A stretch of DNA of 20,000 bases from an uncultured virus (IMG/VR IMGVR_UViG_3300044701_001985) (IMGVR_UViG_3300044701_001985); one strand, 5' to 3'; positions 1 to 6,401 are shown, counted from the stretch's first letter. Notes: a model not told the origin generated them from the sequence alone. Numbers and translations: made by a program.

Positions 1-1
1 C

Positions 2-1249
2 ACTATTTTGGGGGATGATATTCCAGAAGATCCGTATTATTTTGTTGAGTCTGATAAGATTGTTTATGATGAAGGAGAAACAATTACTTATACAATTACA
101 TCAGTAAATGTTCCAGACAATACAGTAGTTAATTACGAATTATCTGGACCAGAAATCGAAAAAACTGATATTATTGAATATGAATTATCTGGAACATTTA
201 CTATAGTTAATAATGCTGCTACAGTTCTTGTACAAATAGCAAAAGATGCTGATATAGAAAATTCTGAGTTATTGACATTTAGTATTGTTGGCGTTGAAAA
301 TGGTGATGCTACTTCAGTAATAATTTCTGCTGATCCTATACCAGAAGACGAAGAAGTTACTATCATTACACCATCTTTCTTTGTCGAATCAGATAAAATA
401 GAATATATGGAAGGAGAAACGGCAGAATTTACTGTAACTACATCTAATGTTCCTGATGGAACTAATTTACAATATGTACTATACGGTTCTTCATTGAAAT
501 CAAACGACATTATCAACGGTAAATTGTTTGGAACGTTTGTTATTTACAACAACACAGCAAAAATTTATGTTGGCATTAATAAAGATTTGGAAATAGAAAC
601 TAATGAAACAATTACATTTATTATTAATGGAACTGGAGCATCAGCTCAAATTATTGTACTTGGTGACATTATAGAAGATGAACCAGTCATTATAACACCA
701 TTGGTCCCATGTATCAATCCGCCAACTGCTGGTGTTCCTGTAACAAATGACTCTGGAGCAATCATAAGCATACCAATCAGTAGAAGGGGTTGCCCATATC
801 AAAAACCACCTAGAGTTATTGTACGTGGTAAAGGTTACGGAGCTTCTGCCATAGCTTTATTGGATGAAAATGGCTACGTTAGTGAAATTAGAGTTACTAG
901 AACTGGAAGAGGATACGTTAAAAATAATCCAGATAACCAAAATTTAACTTGTGTAATTGATTCATATACACTATTAAATCCAGGAAGAGGATATACTTCT
1001 GAGCCTGATGTGTTTATCAATGGAGAGCAAGGAATTGCTAGAGCTAGAATAAATGAATTGGGATACGTTTTTAGTGTCGAAGTTTTAGATAGAACAAAAA
1101 CATTTAAGAACATTCCTAGTATTATAATTAGAGGTGGTGGAGGTGCTGGTGCTAGAGTATTACCAAGTCTAAATTGTCTAGATAAAGTTGAACTTGAGAC
1201 CAGAGGATACACCAAGATCGGAACAGGTAAATATATTGATTGTCCATAA
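2..1249 (+). CDS. Virion structural protein of the baseplate hub/gp5 region (5'-truncated by the window), with two Ig/Calx-beta-like repeats
   Basis: The frame is open from base 2. Two ~110-aa repeats (YFVESDKIVYDEGET.../FFVESDKIEYMEGET...), G-x-G-Y motifs (TGRGY, PGRGY) and a C-terminal YIDCP resemble cyanomyovirus gp5-associated proteins. Its stop overlaps the next start (TAATG, 1247-1251). Confidence 0.7.
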   Translation, partial: TILGDDIPEDPYYFVESDKIVYDEGETITYTITSVNVPDNTVVNYELSGPEIEKTDIIEYELSGTFTIVNNAATVLVQIAKDADIENSELLTFSIVGVENGDATSVIISADPIPEDEEVTIITPSFFVESDKIEYMEGETAEFTVTTSNVPDGTNLQYVLYGSSLKSNDIINGKLFGTFVIYNNTAKIYVGINKDLEIETNETITFIINGTGASAQIIVLGDIIEDEPVIITPLVPCINPPTAGVPVTNDSGAIISIPISRRGCPYQKPPRVIVRGKGYGASAIALLDENGYVSEIRVTRTGRGYVKNNPDNQNLTCVIDSYTLLNPGRGYTSEPDVFINGEQGIARARINELGYVFSVEVLDRTKTFKNIPSIIIRGGGGAGARVLPSLNCLDKVELETRGYTKIGTGKYIDCP

Positions 1250-2445
1250 TGTCTGTAACTAACAAACCAGCTTCAAATCCAGATGTAACTAAAGGTACAG
1301 TTCCTAATTCAACTGGGGATTTATCTGTTAGCTATGGTGAAGGTCCTATTCCAGATTATTCTTATATTCTTGGCAAATGGACTCTAACTACCTATACTTT
1401 TCCAGAAGATGGCTCTTCTGGATTTGCTATTACTGATGGAAAATCTGCTTTCCATATTGATAACCAAGGAAATATAATTTTTGGCACTGGTTCTCCATCT
1501 CAAAGTGGCTGTGGTGGAAAACTTATCATGAAATCTGAATCCCAACTACAAAAAACAAAGTCTGTTGCCATTGAAGTTGAGGGAAGACCAGATGATGGAT
1601 CTTTAAAAAAAGAAACTAATAGTAAAGGTGGAATAGACGAAACAAAACTACCAGCATATTCTTTGAAAGTATATGGTGATGTTCTCATTGAATGTATTGG
1701 CGGAGAAGCTGTAATAAAAGGAGAAAATATTACATTAAATGCTTCGAGCACATTAAATTTAACTTCAGGAAAAGACATAAACATTTCTGCTGGTAAAGAA
1801 GGAGGCAGAATTAACATGTTTGGGGGAACTTTTAATCTAAACACTAGTTTCTTTGAGAAAAATTTAAGCGGCGGAGAATATTCCAAAGGGGCAGGTGAAG
1901 TACAAATTGAACAGTATAATCCTAACGCTGTCACATCTGTTTCTACTCCAGGTAGTATTAATTATACTGTAAATGGTAATTATGAACTAGGTGTGACAGG
2001 AGATTACAAACAAATCGTAAACAAAAATTACTCTTTGAACGTAGATCTTGACTATGCTAGGGAAGTAAAAGGAAACCTATCGGAAAAAACTATAGGAAAA
2101 CAAAAGACTGTTATCACAGGAACTTCAATTCGGGAAAGCACTCAACAAGAGTCTTATGTCCTTGAGATAGGAGCAAATCCAACACCAGAAATTGCTACGT
2201 ATAAAGTTTCTAGCGGTGGTAAAGTTGAGATGTCTACTACTACAGGTGGATATAAATTTGAAGCTGCTGGTCAAGTCAGTAAAATGACTTTAGATGAAAA
2301 AGAATTTAAAGTTAATGTTGGTAGTAAATTAGGAGCCATTGAATTAACTCAAACCCAAGCATTAATTTCTTTTGCTGAGACATCTAAAATAACTTTAGAA
2401 CCAGCTAAAGTTTCTGTAGTTGCTACACAGATTTACCTAAACTGA
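1249..2445 (+). CDS. gp5-like baseplate hub/needle protein with beta-helix octapeptide repeats
   Basis: V-x-G 8-residue periodicity (VNGNYELG VTGDYKQI VNKNYSLN VDLDYARE VKGNLSEK), as in the T4 gp5 C-terminal beta-helix. ATG 1249 overlaps the upstream TAA. Confidence 0.65.
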   Translation: MSVTNKPASNPDVTKGTVPNSTGDLSVSYGEGPIPDYSYILGKWTLTTYTFPEDGSSGFAITDGKSAFHIDNQGNIIFGTGSPSQSGCGGKLIMKSESQLQKTKSVAIEVEGRPDDGSLKKETNSKGGIDETKLPAYSLKVYGDVLIECIGGEAVIKGENITLNASSTLNLTSGKDINISAGKEGGRINMFGGTFNLNTSFFEKNLSGGEYSKGAGEVQIEQYNPNAVTSVSTPGSINYTVNGNYELGVTGDYKQIVNKNYSLNVDLDYAREVKGNLSEKTIGKQKTVITGTSIRESTQQESYVLEIGANPTPEIATYKVSSGGKVEMSTTTGGYKFEAAGQVSKMTLDEKEFKVNVGSKLGAIELTQTQALISFAETSKITLEPAKVSVVATQIYLN

Positions 2446-2512
2446 AATTCAAAAACTAAATCCACGAAATCGGGAAAAAATTCTCCAGGTAAAAATGAGT
2501 AAAAAAGTTGAG
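2444..2512 (+). repeat. 69-bp A-tract-rich repeat, copy 1
   Basis: Ungapped match to 5640-5708: 57/69 identical, first 40 nt 38/40. Confidence 0.9.
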
Positions 2513-2550
2513 TACCATATTAAACCATTTTGCTTTTAAAGTCAATACCC

Positions 2551-2579
2551 TTGACAATTTCCCAAAACCTCAGTATGAT
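2551..2579 (+). promoter_or_regulatory. sigma70-type (early) promoter
   Basis: TTGACA-17 nt-TATGAT. Confidence 0.8.
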
Positions 2580-2632
2580 AGCTCTGTCAGGGGTTAAGGG
2601 TCCTAATAAATAATTCTATATGGAGAATATAC

Positions 2633-2953
2633 ATGCTGTCTACACAATATCGTCTACGTTTAGAAGGTATCTGTAACAAGATCGCTCAACATGAAGAAGT
2701 GAGCTTGGAAGAAATGATATGGGCAGAAAAATTAGCCAAAGCTAATCGAACTGCTGGTACTATGTTGAGACAGGCGAGACGAACAGCAGAAAATCCACAT
2801 ATGGTGGAGGGAGATATGGATGATTTTTTAAACCAACTTGATATAGGTGGCACTGGACACGAACGGTTTGGTAAGAGTGGTTTCGATAGTATTGATGATA
2901 TGGTTGATTGGTGGACCAAGGATAAGCCTGATGACTGGAGACAAAGAGACTAG
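2633..2953 (+). CDS. Hypothetical protein (106 aa) of a type seen in cyanomyoviruses
   Basis: GGAGA RBS at 2622-2626, upstream promoter, late-like AATAAATA at 2605-2612; MLSTQYRLRLE...DWRQRD. Confidence 0.8.
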   Translation: MLSTQYRLRLEGICNKIAQHEEVSLEEMIWAEKLAKANRTAGTMLRQARRTAENPHMVEGDMDDFLNQLDIGGTGHERFGKSGFDSIDDMVDWWTKDKPDDWRQRD

Positions 2954-2966
2954 TGGCACAATCGGC

Positions 2967-3000
2967 TTGACAAGCTCACCTGTAGGTGGTACTATAAATA
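2967..3000 (+). promoter_or_regulatory. Overlapping sigma70 promoter and T4-type late promoter
   Basis: TTGACA(2967)-17 nt-TACTAT(2990) with TG extension; TATAAATA at 2993-3000. Confidence 0.8.
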
Positions 3001-3021
3001 CACACAGGTCAAAGAAATCCA

Positions 3022-3150
3022 ATGACTGTTCCAAACTGGCAACATCACAGCAGCAAAGAACAAAAGAGGACTCTTAAACCTCAGGCTTTACGAGCTGCTA
3101 AAAAACGTGTAAAACAAATGAAGAAAAAATTTGATGTTATATGTAGATAG
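3022..3150 (+). CDS. Small basic hypothetical protein (42 aa), absent from the ORF track
   Basis: MTVPNWQHHSSKEQKRTLKPQALRAAKKRVKQMKKKFDVICR, directly downstream of the dual promoter. It resembles small cyanophage ORFs (from memory). Confidence 0.7.
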   Translation: MTVPNWQHHSSKEQKRTLKPQALRAAKKRVKQMKKKFDVICR

Positions 3151-3709
3151 TATAACAACGATCGATAATTTTTTAGAAGCCTCTCAGCATTTAAATATTT
3201 TAAATACTACAAACAGCTCTAAATTTCCTTGGAATAGAGGAACTATTTTACCAAATAATCTTTATGTAGGAAATCCAAATAGTAATTTACATTTTGTACA
3301 TAAACTAGTTAGTGTTCATCACCGCTATATTGAAGATACTCAAGTATCACATGATGTTACAAGAAATGAATACTATCCTATAATAGAGCCAATTGTAGAT
3401 AAACTACAAATATCTTCTTTATTGAGAGCACAAATTAATTTAACCCCCAACACAGGACGCTTTAATAAAGCAGGGTTTCATGTAGATGTATCTAACTCTT
3501 TTTTGGGAAAAGGAATGACGGCAATTTATTACATTAATACCAATAATGGGTTTACAGAATTTTCTGACGGTACTATAGTAAAATCTATAGAAAATAGAAT
3601 TTGTGTGTTTCCGAATAACATGCTTCACACAGGAGTTTCTTCGACAAACACTTCTCATAGGTTAGTTCTTAATTTAAATTGGCTATCGAAAGCAACAGGA
3701 CGAATATGA
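3134..3709 (+). CDS. 2OG-Fe(II) oxygenase superfamily protein
   Basis: H-x-D (GFHVD), TAIYY, distal His (MLHTG) and Arg (HRLVLNLNW) give the facial triad and 2OG-binding pattern common in cyanophages. Confidence 0.8.
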   Translation: MLYVDSITTIDNFLEASQHLNILNTTNSSKFPWNRGTILPNNLYVGNPNSNLHFVHKLVSVHHRYIEDTQVSHDVTRNEYYPIIEPIVDKLQISSLLRAQINLTPNTGRFNKAGFHVDVSNSFLGKGMTAIYYINTNNGFTEFSDGTIVKSIENRICVFPNNMLHTGVSSTNTSHRLVLNLNWLSKATGRI

Positions 3710-3742
3710 AGCCATTAAATTGATATAATCACTTCATTTCAT

Positions 3743-3814
3743 GGGAGTATAGCTTAATGGTTAGAGCGGGCTCCTTATAAGGGCTTAGTCTGGGTTCAAC
3801 TCCCAGTATTCCCA
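3743..3814 (+). tRNA. trnI: tRNA-Ile(UAU)
   Basis: Acceptor GGGAGTA/TATTCCC, D-stem GCTT/GAGC, anticodon loop CT-TAT-AA, T arm CTGGG-TTCAACT-CCCAG; no encoded CCA. Extended -10 (TGaTATAAT) at 3721-3729. Confidence 0.9.
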
Positions 3815-3830
3815 TTACATACACTTGTTG

Positions 3831-3838
3831 TATAAATA
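3831..3838 (+). promoter_or_regulatory. T4-type late promoter inside a hairpin
   Basis: TATAAATA within the inverted repeat 3816-3848. Confidence 0.75.
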
Positions 3839-3866
3839 GGTGTATGTATATCTTCATAACACCATT

Positions 3867-4298
3867 ATGGATACTAATATTACTACTTGTCAAGGTTGTG
3901 GATGTGACATTCTTAATGAGAGAATGACAAAAGGACGACTAAAAAAATGGTGTAGTAATGCTTGTAGGCAAAAATGGCGTTATAAAAATGACCCAGTTAC
4001 AATAAACCGAGACACTTATACTGAACAAAAAGCAAGAGGTTATTCTAATAAATGGAAAGCCCTTCAATATAAAGGTGGCAAATGTGAAAAATGTGGCGAA
4101 GATAGACCAGCAACTCTATGTTTTCACCACAGAGACCCATCTCAAAAAGAATTAAAACTTGATGGAAGATCTTTTGCTAATAGAAAATGGGAAACCATTA
4201 AAGAAGAAGTTGACAAATGTGATCTTCTTTGTCATAATTGTCACCATATCTTACATTATGGTGATAGTTGGGGAGAGTTTTTACAAACGCTGGTTTAG
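3867..4298 (+). CDS. Free-standing HNH endonuclease (putative homing endonuclease)
   Basis: N-terminal CxxC...CSNAC zinc ribbon, then CEKCG...LCFHHRDP...KCDLLCHNCH. It sits between two tRNA genes. Start placed at ATG 3867, downstream of the late promoter. Confidence 0.85.
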   Translation: MDTNITTCQGCGCDILNERMTKGRLKKWCSNACRQKWRYKNDPVTINRDTYTEQKARGYSNKWKALQYKGGKCEKCGEDRPATLCFHHRDPSQKELKLDGRSFANRKWETIKEEVDKCDLLCHNCHHILHYGDSWGEFLQTLV

Positions 4299-4361
4299 CT
4301 CTCTGGAGAAAGCACTGCCCTCATAAGGCAAGACAGGTGGGTTCGATCCCCACAACCAGCA
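4289..4361 (+). tRNA. tRNA with CAU anticodon (elongator Met or lysidine-type Ile2)
   Basis: Acceptor GCTGGTT/AACCAGC, loop CT-CAT-AA, T arm GTGGG-TTCGATC-CCCAC. The paired G1-C72 and lack of three G-C pairs argue against an initiator tRNA. Confidence 0.85.
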
Positions 4362-4362
4362 C

Positions 4363-4391
4363 TTGACAATCTCAGCAAAACCTGCTATGAT
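4363..4391 (+). promoter_or_regulatory. sigma70-type promoter upstream of tRNA-Leu(UAA)
   Basis: TTGACA-17 nt-TATGAT with TG extension. Confidence 0.8.
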
Positions 4392-4405
4392 TGTCTCATA
4401 CACAT

Positions 4406-4478
4406 GCCCGTGTAGTCCAGCGGCAGAGACAGAGCACTTAAAATGCTTCCAGGGTCAGTTCGAATCTGACCACGGGTA
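4406..4478 (+). tRNA. trnL: tRNA-Leu(UAA) with a short variable loop
   Basis: Acceptor GCCCGTG/CACGGGT, anticodon arm GAGCA-CTTAAAA-TGCTT, 5-nt variable region, T arm GTCAG-TTCGAAT-CTGAC, discriminator A. Confidence 0.85.
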
Positions 4479-4509
4479 TTCCACTAAATAAATTGAGTGG
4501 AAAAAAGTA

Positions 4510-4776
4510 ATGAAATACACACTATCTCAATCATATTGCTTTTATATGGGCGAGGTAGTTCGTATGTATTTCATTCAAGGTATGCCATATACCTTTGATG
4601 AACTTCCACAAATAGTTCAAGATCACCCAGGCATTCAAACAGAAGCTCTTAGTAATAGAGATTTTGATGATGAAGATCTTTATGTATGGTCTAACTATTT
4701 GATACTAGAAGAAGTACATCCATTAATGTTTGAACTTGAATTAGAAAATCCTGAATTACTGCCAAAAGATGATTAA
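4510..4776 (+). CDS. Acidic hypothetical protein (88 aa)
   Basis: Clean ORF after a late-like ACTAAATA (4483-4490); overlaps the start of the lyase gene. Confidence 0.75.
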   Translation: MKYTLSQSYCFYMGEVVRMYFIQGMPYTFDELPQIVQDHPGIQTEALSNRDFDDEDLYVWSNYLILEEVHPLMFELELENPELLPKDD

Positions 4777-5293
4777 TGAATTTTTTAGATTAATTGAAGG
4801 AAGATTTGAAAATAAAATTCAAGCATTTTCTCACCCAAGTAAGTACGCCTACATTAGAGTTACTCATGTAAATTTGGGTGAAGGATTAATTTATGGCGAA
4901 CAAGCATACAATTATCAATTAAATAAACCATACAGGCAATTTGTTCTTGAACCAATTCAAGAAAATAACCAAATTAGAATTTATAATTATGAAATCCAAA
5001 ATAAAGAAACTTATCTTGGATTTAAACACCTTGACAACATTGACAAGGATGTGCTAAAATTAAAGTCTGGCTGTGATGTAGTTCTCACTCAACAAGGTCA
5101 GTCATTTGTCGGGGGTATACAAGGTTGTGATTGTATGGTAGACTGGATGGGTCGAGAGACTTATCTTCAAAATCAAATTGAGTTGACTCCAACTCATTAT
5201 TATGTTATGGACCGTGGATTCTGTGCTGAACATAAACATCAGCTTTGGGGATCTAAATATGGTAGGTTTGAATTTGCTAGAATGCCTCAGTAG
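4769..5293 (+). CDS. cpeT: T-type phycobiliprotein (bilin) lyase, CpeT/CpcT family
   Basis: Motifs F-x-N-x-x-QA, YGEQAY...PYRQ, GCD, DRG, QLWGS...FEF are characteristic of CpcT/CpeT, a known cyanophage auxiliary gene. Confidence 0.9.
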   Translation: MINEFFRLIEGRFENKIQAFSHPSKYAYIRVTHVNLGEGLIYGEQAYNYQLNKPYRQFVLEPIQENNQIRIYNYEIQNKETYLGFKHLDNIDKDVLKLKSGCDVVLTQQGQSFVGGIQGCDCMVDWMGRETYLQNQIELTPTHYYVMDRGFCAEHKHQLWGSKYGRFEFARMPQ

Positions 5294-5357
5294 CTCAGTT
5301 GGATAGAGCAACGCTTTTGTAAAGCGTAGGTCGTCGGTTCGAGTCCGACCTTGGGCT
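5284..5357 (+). tRNA. trnT: tRNA-Thr(UGU)
   Basis: Acceptor GCCTCAG/CTTGGGC (one mismatch), anticodon arm ACGCT-TTTGTAA-AGCGT, T arm GTCGG-TTCGAGT-CCGAC. Confidence 0.9.
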
Positions 5358-5358
5358 T

Positions 5359-5420
5359 TGAAAGGTCTGGAAATGTTCGGATCTTTCATACGAGTCGGGA
5401 TCATCATATCCGACTCACCA
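5359..5420 (+). ncRNA. Candidate structured RNA: two hairpins, the second ending in ACCA
   Basis: GAAAGGTCTGGA-aatg-TTCGGATCTTTC, then GAGTCGG...CCGACTC-ACCA. Confidence 0.45.
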
Positions 5421-5421
5421 A

Positions 5422-5498
5422 TCCTCTGGTAGTCTATTGGTAAGGACACCCCGACAAGGGAGTTGGAAACTGGGTTCAATTCCCAGACAGAGGAACCA
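5422..5498 (+). ncRNA. tRNA-like RNA with a degenerate anticodon arm and encoded CCA
   Basis: Acceptor TCCTCTG/CAGAGGA plus ACCA, D arm GTCT-ATTGGTAA-GGAC, T arm CTGGG-TTCAATT-CCCAG. The anticodon arm (ACCCC-GACAA-GGGAGT) is non-canonical. Confidence 0.75.
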
Positions 5499-5541
5499 TC
5501 ATTTGCGCTGGAAAGATAAACCAGAATGCCGTGGTGGTTAT

Positions 5542-5623
5542 GTCGATGTGGCGGAATTGGTAGACGCACTGGGTTTAGGTTCCAGTGTCTTCGGACGTGG
5601 AGGTTCAAGTCCTCTCATCGACA
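5542..5623 (+). tRNA. trnL: tRNA-Leu(UAG)
   Basis: Acceptor GTCGATG/CATCGAC, loop TT-TAG-GT, long variable arm GTC-TTCG-GAC, T arm GGAGG-TTCAAGT-CCTCT. Confidence 0.93.
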
Positions 5624-5639
5624 TCGGATTCTATAATCC

Positions 5640-5708
5640 GAAATTGAAAAACTAAATCCATGAAATCGGGAAAAAATTCCCCGCCAAAAAATCGTCAAAA
5701 AAGTCGAG
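5640..5708 (+). repeat. 69-bp A-tract-rich repeat, copy 2
   Basis: Matches 2444-2512; preceded by the hairpin TCGGATT-ctat-AATCCGA (5624-5641). Confidence 0.9.
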
Positions 5709-5717
5709 GGTAAACAA

Positions 5718-5861
5718 ATGACTCTTTTATCTAAAAAAGATCACGAAATGGTTATCGAAGCACTTGAAACCCTAATTCAAACAAAGGAGGAAACCGACGA
5801 TAAGTTTCAATATTTGAATTTACTCAATTGGGTAAAAATTAAATCTAAAGAAGTATTTTAG
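5718..5861 (+). CDS. Small hypothetical protein (47 aa), absent from the ORF track
   Basis: MTLLSKKDHEMVIEALETLIQTKEETDDKFQYLNLLNWVKIKSKEVF; GAGGG RBS at 5706-5710; fills the gap up to ORF 5864. Confidence 0.7.
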   Translation: MTLLSKKDHEMVIEALETLIQTKEETDDKFQYLNLLNWVKIKSKEVF

Positions 5862-5863
5862 TT

Positions 5864-6289
5864 ATGTCTGCATCTGTTATTGAAATTCTTTTTAATGAAA
5901 AATCTGAATTGTCCCAACAAATCAGAAAAGCATGTGCTTGTTGTGGAATTGAAAAACCCTTCAATAAAGATTATTATCATGTAAATCGGGGGTCTAAAGG
6001 AGACCTTCGATCAGTGTGTAAAGTGTGTAGAAGTTCTGTTGGGAAAAAATATAATAAAGCTGCTCGTAAATTAATGAGCATATTTAAAATTAAAACTCCT
6101 CCAGTAGGAACTCCTTGTTCTTGCTGTGGCAGAACTGATCTAAAATTAGTTTGTGACCATATTCATAACACCCAAACTATTCGTGGATTTATTTGTGATA
6201 ACTGTAATGTGGGTATTGGGAGACTTGGTGATACTGTTGAAGGTGTTGAAAAAGCTCTCAAATATTTACAAGGATCATATTTAACTTAA
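5864..6289 (+). CDS. Endonuclease VII-family (His-Me finger) nuclease, possible homing endonuclease
   Basis: CSCCG...LVCDHIH...IRGFICDNCNVGIGRLGD...ALKYL is the EndoVII motif; there is an extra N-terminal CxxC...CxxC finger. Confidence 0.85.
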   Translation: MSASVIEILFNEKSELSQQIRKACACCGIEKPFNKDYYHVNRGSKGDLRSVCKVCRSSVGKKYNKAARKLMSIFKIKTPPVGTPCSCCGRTDLKLVCDHIHNTQTIRGFICDNCNVGIGRLGDTVEGVEKALKYLQGSYLT

Positions 6290-6361
6290 TGGGGTGTAGC
6301 TCAACGGCAGAGCTATCGGCTGTTAACCGATCGGTTGCAGGTTCGAATCCCGCCGCCCCAG
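6290..6361 (+). tRNA. trnN: tRNA-Asn(GUU)
   Basis: Acceptor TGGGGTG/CGCCCCA, discriminator G, anticodon arm ATCGG-CTGTTAA-CCGAT, T loop TTCGAAT. Confidence 0.92.
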
Positions 6362-6401
6362 TTGGCGATACTGCCATGATCCAAACCCCTTCCGTGTGCC
6401 T

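Noticed and set aside
133..1934. Minus-strand ORFs 133-516, 874-1215 and 1500-1934
   Set aside because: Antisense shadows of + strand structural genes; no recognisable motifs.
2686..3077. ORFs 2686-2919(-), 2828-3034(-) and 2847-3077(+)
   Set aside because: They overlap the better-supported 2633-2953 gene, the dual promoter and the 3022 ORF.
4406..4478. Group I intron in tRNA-Leu(UAA), as in many cyanobacteria
   Set aside because: The anticodon loop is contiguous; no intron is present.
5422..5498. tmRNA piece or ordinary tRNA-Val(GAC)
   Set aside because: It has a paired D stem and no G3.U70 alanine determinant or tag ORF; a GAC anticodon would need a 2-bp stem and lacks U33.
5102..5655. 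ORFs 5102-5608(-) and 5437-5655(+)
   Set aside because: Translations of tRNA and structured-RNA sequence.
2444..5708. CRISPR array or prophage att sites
   Set aside because: Only two long, diverged copies 3.2 kb apart; no spacers, cas genes or integrase, and the repeat is not a tRNA 3' duplication.
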